DNA from: Pseudobdellovibrionaceae bacterium
GTDB lineage: Bacteria; Bdellovibrionota; Bdellovibrionia; Bdellovibrionales; Bdellovibrionaceae
Reading direction: 5' to 3'
NCBI GenBank assembly: GCA_044359815.1
Contig: JBIKLL010000024.1
Location: 1 to 32,668, forward strand
DNA length: 32,668 nucleotides
The position numbers and the translations under genes were made by a program. Positions 26,102 to 32,668 of this stretch are shown here, piece by piece (the stretch's first letter is position 1; each line of letters opens with the position of its first letter). The notes beneath the pieces were generated by a model. That model saw only the letters and a program-made list of their open reading frames with translations. It searched no databases and was not told the origin of the DNA.

Positions 26102-26124
26102 TTACTCCGGCGCCGGAGTGGGTG
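26102..26124. repeat. Distal copy of palindrome ACTCCGGCGCCGGAGT
   Basis: TTACTCCGGCGCCGGAGTGGGTG matches the start of the 41-bp repeat at 22 of 23 positions. Confidence 0.85.
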
Positions 26125-26191
26125 ATTGCAGTGGCTTTTGAATTCTTATCGTTGATGAATGGTGACTCAGTGGTGACTTACAAAATACGCC

Positions 26192-26714
26192 GACGACTTG
26201 GCTACTACGGTCGCCGCCCTCACGGCAGCTCCCTGCGTAGCCTCACCCCATTCGCTCAATAAAACATCCTGTTTTATTTCCCCATGTTAAGTGCTCCTGG
26301 GCGCTTCACATCGAACATGACATTTAGTCATGTTCGCCGTTTGCACGGTCGCACTCACCATGGGTCGCTCTTTCGCTTCAAGTCCTTCGATGAAAACCAA
26401 TCAATCAAAAATCGCCTACAGCGAGGCGGCGAGGAGGTTGCGACTGAGGCGTGGATTTACTACGTCGCAAGGAAGCGACCGACGAAGGTAACAAAGCTGT
26501 AGGTGATTTGTGATTGATTGGTGATCCCGAGACGACTTGGTCAAGCGCTCGGACTCGCATCAGGCTCGTCCTCCGCCTGACCACCCTCAAATTGCTATTG
26601 CTCGCACCGCCCACGCGCTACGCGCTTCTTCGGCATATGCCTCGAGGGCTTTCCGGCTCGCAATGCAGCCACTGGCTGCCGCAATTTTCGCTTCAAGCCG
26701 TCTCGGGATCACCA
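26192..26714. repeat. Array of alternating-orientation tRNA-Arg 3'-end copies with structured inserts
   Basis: 3'-end copies at 26692-26714 (+) and 26519-26539 (-), degenerate copies at 26377-26399 (+) and 26192-26201 (-); internal IR 26396-26422/26496-26522. Confidence 0.8.
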
Positions 26715-26718
26715 AACT

Positions 26719-26744
26719 AAAAAACCACCTTGCGGTGGTTTTTA
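26719..26744 (-). terminator. Intrinsic terminator of the tRNA gene
   Basis: Minus strand AAAAACCACC-GCAA-GGTGGTTTTTT immediately after CCA. Confidence 0.85.
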
Positions 26745-26747
26745 ATT

Positions 26748-26824
26748 TGGTGATCCCGAGACGACGTGAACGTCTGACCTACTGCTTAGAAGGCAGTTGC
26801 TCTATCCAGCTGAGCTACGGGACC
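26748..26824 (-). tRNA. tRNA-Arg(UCU)
   Basis: GGTCCCG-TA-GCTC AGCTGGATA GAGC-A-ACTGC CTTCTAA GCAGT-AGGTC-AGACG TTCACGT CGTCT-CGGGATC-A-CCA; 77 nt, A20 Arg identity element, encoded CCA. Confidence 0.96.
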
Positions 26825-27006
26825 ACTGTGATTTTGAAAAGCAAATAATAATTGCCCCAAAATCTGGTTGGGGGCAAGCTTAAATCCTTCAGAAATTCCT
26901 TCAAATGGCCTCAAATGCGATAAATTTGCCCTTTTGTATTTACATCTGGTTTTCAAAATCTGTCTTTTCGTGCCAACCGAATCACGTCTAACTAATATTC
27001 AAAACG

Positions 27007-27408
27007 ATGCTAGCCGCAATTTTGATCAGCCTTTTTATTTCCCACGCCAAATCCAACCAGCAAAATAACCTTTTCCTGCCCGGGCTTTTAAACGGAACTT
27101 ATAGCGTCAAGCCTTCTAGTTGCAGCAGCAGTTTTGTGGATCGAATTCAATTTGGTTTACAAGAAAACAAACTGCACTTCCAAAACAGTTACTTTGTTTT
27201 TGACCAACATAAAATCCAAGAGGTTGGGGTGGGTGAATACCGCGTGTTTTTAATCAAATACCACCCCAGCAATGACAGCATTTTTGTGCAGCAATTTAAT
27301 ATTGATCATGGTCAGGTGTTCTGGTCCACTTGGATACAAGATTTAACTAATGGTTCAATGCATTTATTAGATAAAAATATTTTACTTAAGATGAAAGGAT
27401 CCCAATGA
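27007..27408 (+). CDS. Hypothetical secreted protein
   Basis: 133 aa, hydrophobic N-terminus, ATGA overlap with the next gene. Confidence 0.65.
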   Translation: MLAAILISLFISHAKSNQQNNLFLPGLLNGTYSVKPSSCSSSFVDRIQFGLQENKLHFQNSYFVFDQHKIQEVGVGEYRVFLIKYHPSNDSIFVQQFNIDHGQVFWSTWIQDLTNGSMHLLDKNILLKMKGSQ

Positions 27409-28346
27409 AAGTTTTTTTATATTTTATTTACGCAGCATTTGCGCAGTCGCAGCTTGAAGTCGGAGTAGACGCCATCAACAAAATGACGGGATGTTATTTG
27501 GTGGATTACAGCTACACAGAGGTCGAATCCTTAAAGCCTGGCTATCAAATCCATGAAGATGTTTATGATGTGAATAAAAATAAAACTGTTAAAGAGTGGA
27601 TTTATACAGATCGAATTTCAGACACAAAGATTCGCCTTCAGCACGTGATGTTTGCAGTTGATCTCAAAGGGGATTTAATGCGGCATTCAGAACTCAAGCA
27701 CACCGGCGAGGACTGGGAATACAATTCGGCTGTTAACTATGACTTCAAAGCCCCTAACCAATGGGAAACAATCATACCTCCATCAGACACTTGGACCAGA
27801 AGGATCACAAACCTGGATGATGGTTTACGGTATCAGTGTGCGGCCCCTTGGAGCGTGGGATTCGCCAATCCCGAATGGAGTTGTGAAAACTACGCACCCA
27901 TCCCAGGACGCGAAATCCGCGATATGAAGCGCAGTGATTATCAGACTCTGCAAAGAAACACTAAGGTCATCGTTTATCCAAATAACTGGCTTGAGCGTCA
28001 GGACAATATTAAAACCATTCACACTGCCAATGAAAAATCCCCTTTGGCTCGCGAGCTGGGTAAGACTTGGTACGTTCGCTTGCCTGATTCAGACTGTCAG
28101 CCTGCAATGGCTTTTATGGCGCCTCGAAAAGCTTTTTGGGATTTGCTGCGAACCACTTGGGAATCCGTATTAGATGGCAAATCGAATTTTACCGAAAAGC
28201 CCAGACCCAAAGGTGGTCCATCAAGATACCTTAAGATTTTGGATCTAGAGGATCAGGCCCTGTCCATGGATTTAAAGGATCCAAACACAGCCAGCAAAGT
28301 TTCCGAAGACATTAAATTGATTATCAACGAATTTAGAGAAATTTAA
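27405..28346 (+). CDS. Secreted DUF6607-like protein
   Basis: AINKMTGCYLVDY.Y.E, EWI...LQH, KH..EDWEY, DDGLRY.C...W, P.P.RE..KRSDY, W...QDN.K recalled as the DUF6607 pattern (from memory, not searched). Confidence 0.65.
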   Translation: MKVFLYFIYAAFAQSQLEVGVDAINKMTGCYLVDYSYTEVESLKPGYQIHEDVYDVNKNKTVKEWIYTDRISDTKIRLQHVMFAVDLKGDLMRHSELKHTGEDWEYNSAVNYDFKAPNQWETIIPPSDTWTRRITNLDDGLRYQCAAPWSVGFANPEWSCENYAPIPGREIRDMKRSDYQTLQRNTKVIVYPNNWLERQDNIKTIHTANEKSPLARELGKTWYVRLPDSDCQPAMAFMAPRKAFWDLLRTTWESVLDGKSNFTEKPRPKGGPSRYLKILDLEDQALSMDLKDPNTASKVSEDIKLIINEFREI

Positions 28347-28373
28347 TTTATAACCACAGCCCAGGAGGCAAAC

Positions 28374-28781
28374 ATGAAAGCACTTATTTTAAGTACATTA
28401 TTTATAGCAAGCGTATCGCAGGCTCACATAAAACCTGGCGATCACTTTGGGACTCAAAGGGATGGACAAAAATGTTCTATGACGGTTGGCAAAACTTATT
28501 TTATTGATGATTTTAAACACCCACTGCAAGAGCGTATCGAAATTAAAATCAACGGAGAAGATTTTTTGGTTCAACATCCACCGGTGATTTCACCCAGCAG
28601 ATCGCTTGCGTTTTTTAACCATGACCGTTTTCACGCAATCAATGCCAACCCAACTGGGGCAAAAGCAGTGGTGATTGACATGGGTGTTGTAGACGGCCAC
28701 AAAGCCCCTACCCGCTTTGTGTTGATTGACCAAAACTACAAAGAAAAAACTCAATCAAAAAAGGTTTGTAACCTAAACTAG
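28374..28781 (+). CDS. Hypothetical secreted protein
   Basis: RBS AGGAGG, signal peptide MKALILSTLFIASVSQA, two Cys. Confidence 0.85.
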   Translation: MKALILSTLFIASVSQAHIKPGDHFGTQRDGQKCSMTVGKTYFIDDFKHPLQERIEIKINGEDFLVQHPPVISPSRSLAFFNHDRFHAINANPTGAKAVVIDMGVVDGHKAPTRFVLIDQNYKEKTQSKKVCNLN

Positions 28782-28791
28782 TTTTGATCCC

Positions 28792-29043
28792 ACTTGCCTG
28801 CGGCAAATTTGAATTTTAAAAAATATTTCTTTGTTTTATATCTTTTGAATACATTTGCGAGCGTGCGGGGCATATCTGGTGTTGTGTCATTTAATTTAAC
28901 TAGGAATATGATAATTTATTAATCATATTTTTAGTTAAATTAAATGATACAATACGAGAGATGAGCCCGCGGCCGTTAGCAAGTATTCAAAAGGTATAAA
29001 ACAAAGAAATATTTTTTAAAATTCAAATTTACTGCAGGCAAGT
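28792..29043. repeat. Long hairpin element with conserved asymmetric bubble (single-unit form of the 18046 element)
   Basis: Outer arms 28792-28852/28983-29043, inner arms 28882-28912/28922-28952, boxes 28853-28884 and 28952-28982. Confidence 0.92.
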
Positions 29044-29059
29044 TGGCTAGTTAATAAAA

Positions 29060-32000
29060 CTAATCGTACTTGAGTGAGTCAGGGACAAAATCTGATTTGC
29101 TCAAGCCACCGTTGACACTGATGTCAGAGATTTCCAAATCCGTACTGCGCTTTGAAATATTGTTCTTCACTCGGATCAGCTGTGATCGGTAAGTTCCGCC
29201 AGCCAGTTTTTTGTAATTGCTAAATTCTACGGTTTTAGCAATTTTTTGCCCCACATAATGATCGATCTTAATTGGCAATAAATTGGCCTTGGATAGGTAC
29301 AAATACGAATACTGGTATTTAGATTTCTTTTTTGGCTGAACCGAAAATATATAGGCCTGGGCATTTTCAGCACGCAGTTTAACCACAGATGACTTAATCA
29401 CATCCAGGTTCAAATCATCAGCTGTGACCTCTGATCCCAATATTCCGGCCTGGCTGGTGTTGGATGTGACAATCTTTCTGATTTGACGCGAGCTGGGTAA
29501 ATACACCCATTGATTCTGTCTGTCCGTTGTAACCTCGGCCAAAAAAGCTGTCCCTTTGATATCAGCGGGTTCCAGCATTTTTACCTTTGCAAAAAAACTT
29601 TTATCCGAAAGCGTCTGCAAGCTCATCGTGCGGACCTTCACAGATCCATCGGTTTCAATTATTTTCATTTTAACTTTGGCGACTTCATCTTTGCTTTGCA
29701 ATTGCTGCGAAGCCTTTATCAATAAATCTTTAGCTCTTTGATCGGCGGTTGCTGATAACACCTGATGTGGTACAGAACAAATCAGTAAAAATAAAACAAA
29801 ACTAGCAGCAATTTTATTAGAACTCATTGAATCCCTGTCTTTCTGGTTGTTTTCTGAATTGAACTTCTTGTTGTCCGATTTATTCAGCATATCAGGAAAG
29901 TGAGTCAACAACACAGGTAAAAAAATCAAATCTCCAATTGCTCCAGCAAAAATCGAAATTAACATGTAAATTCCAAAACTTCTGTTCAGTTCAAAATCAG
30001 ACGCTAAAAATACCGAAAAACCGCAAAACACTACGACAGTTGCGAACAAGCAAGGATTCGCTTCCACAAAAAAAGCTCTCTTAACAGGTAAAAAGTTGCG
30101 TCCTTCTGTCAAACTTTTCAACCTTCCCAGCAAATACACCGTGTTGTTAAACGCAAGCCCCAACGAAATCGAAAATATCAATGCAATGCCTGGTTTGATC
30201 GGAGTCTCCATCAAGCCCAAACTGCCGATCAAAATCGCCGGCGGTATCAGATTGGGAATACAAGCTACTATGGCCCATCTGATAGACTTGAAAATAAATA
30301 TCAGCATCACAAATATAATCAATAAGCTCTGCCAAAATCCAAAAATCAGATCCTTTGAAACCTCGCTGTTGATTGTGTGAATCGTTGCAGCCATTCCTGC
30401 CTCAGTGATTTTTACTTTGGGAAATTGTGATTTAAAGCGACTGGTGATTGCTGACCTGAGCTCGCTGATCCTATCTGATTCTAAATCAAACAGCCTGATT
30501 GATACTCGAGTGATTCTATCATTATCAGCCAAAAAACTTTCTGTGGGATTGGGACTGCTCATTGAAAACAAAAACAATGTTTCAGAAATTTTCTGATCCG
30601 TCTGCAAGGATTTGGGTCCCAAGATATCTACTACGGAAAGGGCACTGCCAACCCCTGCAAGAGCTCTTATCTGTTCAACAGTTTTATTCAGCGATCCTAA
30701 TGACTGACTGGACTTCCAGTTACCAGCACCCGTCAGTTCTAAAACCACATCATAATAAACACTGCCACCGAATTTGGAATCAATAAATTCAGTCGATGCT
30801 CTGGCCTGATGATTTTCAGGTAAATCATTAAACAATTTGGTCGAAAAATTTAAATTTCTGCCAGACAGCAGAAAAAACACAAAAGCAAAAACTGTCAGGG
30901 AAAATCCCCAAACGCTTTTGCGTCTGAGCGACATCACCCAATAGGCTTTTGACTGAGTGAAATCGCGCAACTGGGGTTTTAAATAAGGTCCCCACACTAT
31001 AATCAAAAAGAGCGAATACAGCCATACAAACATGATCACAATGGATATCACTAAGCCAAACTGATTGATCAACGGTATGGCGGTCCAAGCCAGTGATAAG
31101 AATCCAATACTGGTCGTTAACGAGCCCAGCATATTCGGTAAAAATAAATCCTTAAGGGTCATCAGCAGGTTCTGCCAGCTGAGAACAAAATCTTTTTGCT
31201 TTTCAACAAAAGCCCATGAGTGCAATGTGTGAACAATCAATGAAACCACAGTTAAACTGACCAGGATTGGCAATGTTGACAGCAACACTGTAAATGGAAT
31301 TTCAAAAAATCCCAGTAATCCCACAACAACTAGGTTGGTCATCACTAAGGAGCCCAGTAAAAACCACAGAGTGCCATTGTCTTTAAAAAACAATTTTGTG
31401 ATCAGTGCAAAAATCAAAACACTGAGTAAAAAAAACTTTCCCAGTTCATTCATCAACATGACTGTTAACTGCGACTGTATCGCTAGCGGCCCACCCGAGG
31501 AAACACTCAGATCAGGAAACTGCATTAATGCCTTTGTTTCGATTTCAGAAATTTTCTGTTTAAGCCTGTAGGGATCTAGGGCCTCTAAATCGATCAATAA
31601 TAATGTGGCTTTTTTATCAGCCGTTATCAGATGTGGTTGGATGATCGTACTGGTGCTGACATAATTGGTAAACTGTTCTGCATCCAATAAATCAAACACA
31701 GGTCCAACCAGCAGCTGCCCGTCCTTTTCCAGACTGGTTTGAATCTCGGTCATCGAAAACACTGATTTCACAGATTGGATTGTTTTAAGCTCGTTGGTTA
31801 AAGCCTTCAGTTGTGTGATCCTGGTGGGCATCAGCCAGCTTCCGTGTTCGCCTGGCATTTCAATCAGCAGCGCCAACACCGGTTTGGATGAAATATTAAA
31901 AAGTTTTTTTATCTTTGAATCATTCTGAAGCAATGGATGATTTTTCGGAAAGAACTGCTCCATCGAATAATGAGTCCGCAGATCTTTAGCAAAGTAAGTT

Positions 32001-32149
32001 AAGACAACAGTAAAAAGAATGACAAAAAAACTAAAATACCTGTGTAAAGGTTTTGCATTTTTGGGCGCAAATAAAATTTCCACACAAAGGCTTCGAAGTT
32101 TGCTAACATTTCTTTGTATCAGACCTTGGCCCAGTTGCATTGAAACCAT
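29060..32149 (-). CDS. MMPL/RND-family transporter fused to a C-terminal LolA-like (outer-membrane lipoprotein-sorting) domain
   Basis: Two RND halves (GSLTTSIGFLSL; IFKSIRWAIVACIPNLIP; AIGDLIFLPVLL), then EPADIKGTAFL, QWVYLPSSRQIRKI, ILGSEVTADDL. The start codon is uncertain and may lie downstream of 32149. Confidence 0.88.
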   Translation of the reverse strand: MVSMQLGQGLIQRNVSKLRSLCVEILFAPKNAKPLHRYFSFFVILFTVVLTYFAKDLRTHYSMEQFFPKNHPLLQNDSKIKKLFNISSKPVLALLIEMPGEHGSWLMPTRITQLKALTNELKTIQSVKSVFSMTEIQTSLEKDGQLLVGPVFDLLDAEQFTNYVSTSTIIQPHLITADKKATLLLIDLEALDPYRLKQKISEIETKALMQFPDLSVSSGGPLAIQSQLTVMLMNELGKFFLLSVLIFALITKLFFKDNGTLWFLLGSLVMTNLVVVGLLGFFEIPFTVLLSTLPILVSLTVVSLIVHTLHSWAFVEKQKDFVLSWQNLLMTLKDLFLPNMLGSLTTSIGFLSLAWTAIPLINQFGLVISIVIMFVWLYSLFLIIVWGPYLKPQLRDFTQSKAYWVMSLRRKSVWGFSLTVFAFVFFLLSGRNLNFSTKLFNDLPENHQARASTEFIDSKFGGSVYYDVVLELTGAGNWKSSQSLGSLNKTVEQIRALAGVGSALSVVDILGPKSLQTDQKISETLFLFSMSSPNPTESFLADNDRITRVSIRLFDLESDRISELRSAITSRFKSQFPKVKITEAGMAATIHTINSEVSKDLIFGFWQSLLIIFVMLIFIFKSIRWAIVACIPNLIPPAILIGSLGLMETPIKPGIALIFSISLGLAFNNTVYLLGRLKSLTEGRNFLPVKRAFFVEANPCLFATVVVFCGFSVFLASDFELNRSFGIYMLISIFAGAIGDLIFLPVLLTHFPDMLNKSDNKKFNSENNQKDRDSMSSNKIAASFVLFLLICSVPHQVLSATADQRAKDLLIKASQQLQSKDEVAKVKMKIIETDGSVKVRTMSLQTLSDKSFFAKVKMLEPADIKGTAFLAEVTTDRQNQWVYLPSSRQIRKIVTSNTSQAGILGSEVTADDLNLDVIKSSVVKLRAENAQAYIFSVQPKKKSKYQYSYLYLSKANLLPIKIDHYVGQKIAKTVEFSNYKKLAGGTYRSQLIRVKNNISKRSTDLEISDISVNGGLSKSDFVPDSLKYD

Positions 32150-32167
32150 CTTTGATTAAGAAGGACT

Positions 32168-32668
32168 ATGAAAAACTTTTCGGTAAAGAAGCTGATCTTG
32201 TTAAGTCTTTTCACGCTGCCATCAGTGGCAAAATCAGAAATTCTGCAATCACCTGTCCTTCTAAGAATCCCTTGGAACCTATTGTCGAACTCTTTGTCTT
32301 CCGCAGCTGAACAGGGTTTCCAAAGAATCCAAATTCCCAATCAAACCGTTTATCATCAGGATATCCCTGTAGAAATCAATAACATTCAAATGGACATCAG
32401 CTACAGACTGAGACCTTTTGGGATTTACGGACTGCAGACTCAAATACAGTCCGATTACCTCAGAATCCGTGCCGTTTTAGGTGAAATTAAAATCTCAAAA
32501 ACAATTGAAAGAATCGTCAATGGAACCACAGTTCAGGTTTCACTGACCGCTGTTTGTGAACCCACGGTCCTGTTTCAAAATGAGGCCAGCATTGGCAGCG
32601 TGATCAATTTGTCGGCGTCTCAAGGATCACTGACTGCACAGATCAATGATTTGGATTTTAATTGGAGC
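32168..32668 (+). CDS. Hypothetical secreted beta-rich protein, 3' end runs off the window
   Basis: Not in the track; open for 167 codons: MKNFSVKKLILLSLFTLPSVAKSEILQSPVLLRIPW...NDLDFNWS; AAGAAGGA upstream. Confidence 0.8.
   Translation, partial: MKNFSVKKLILLSLFTLPSVAKSEILQSPVLLRIPWNLLSNSLSSAAEQGFQRIQIPNQTVYHQDIPVEINNIQMDISYRLRPFGIYGLQTQIQSDYLRIRAVLGEIKISKTIERIVNGTTVQVSLTAVCEPTVLFQNEASIGSVINLSASQGSLTAQINDLDFNWS

Noticed and set aside
26519..26824. Prophage or genomic island integrated at tRNA-Arg
   Set aside because: The direct 3'-end repeat is only about 230 bp away, there is no integrase or cargo, and intervening copies are inverted.
26284..26848. Short ORFs over the tRNA-linked array
   Set aside because: They overlap the tRNA and GC-rich palindromes, lack an RBS and show no protein-like features.
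26985..27006. Fur box upstream of the DUF6607-like operon
   Set aside because: Poor match to GATAATGATAATCATTATC.
32119..32340. 73-aa minus-strand ORF
   Set aside because: Shadow of the longer plus-strand signal-peptide ORF starting at 32168.

Overview
A 32.7-kb bacterial chromosomal segment, probably from a Bdellovibrionota (Bdellovibrio-like) genome. That assignment is inferred from the top6B-top6A pair, a mitochondrial-type aconitase, a large DUF222-like HNH gene and an RxPAS-containing secreted protein. Most coding content is housekeeping or signalling: aconitase, GreA-like factor, Topo VI, LTA-synthase-family sulfatase, bolA-grxD, FAD-linked D-2-hydroxyacid dehydrogenase, Hpt, nitronate monooxygenase, clostripain, serA, an NtrC-like activator/CdsA/PlsC/MBL operon, tRNA-Arg(UCU), a DUF6607-like cluster and an MMPL-LolA-like fusion. 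The unusual signal is mostly non-coding. (1) An HNH locus (10.27-12.2 kb) carries a 16-bp palindrome inside and upstream of its own gene, synonymously recoded copies of its own 3' end, two microsatellites and a frameshift. (2) A family of long hairpins has a conserved asymmetric GC-rich bubble, and one copy is nested in reverse inside another (18.05 kb versus 28.8 kb). (3) An array of alternating-orientation tRNA 3'-end copies separated by structured inserts lies downstream of tRNA-Arg. (4) There is a candidate anti-Shine-Dalgarno sRNA. Several apparent pseudo-enzymes are also present (HD-GYP-like, gluzincin-like, REC-DHp). No integrase, transposase, reverse transcriptase or CRISPR array was seen. 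All family calls come from motif recognition by eye; no searches were run.
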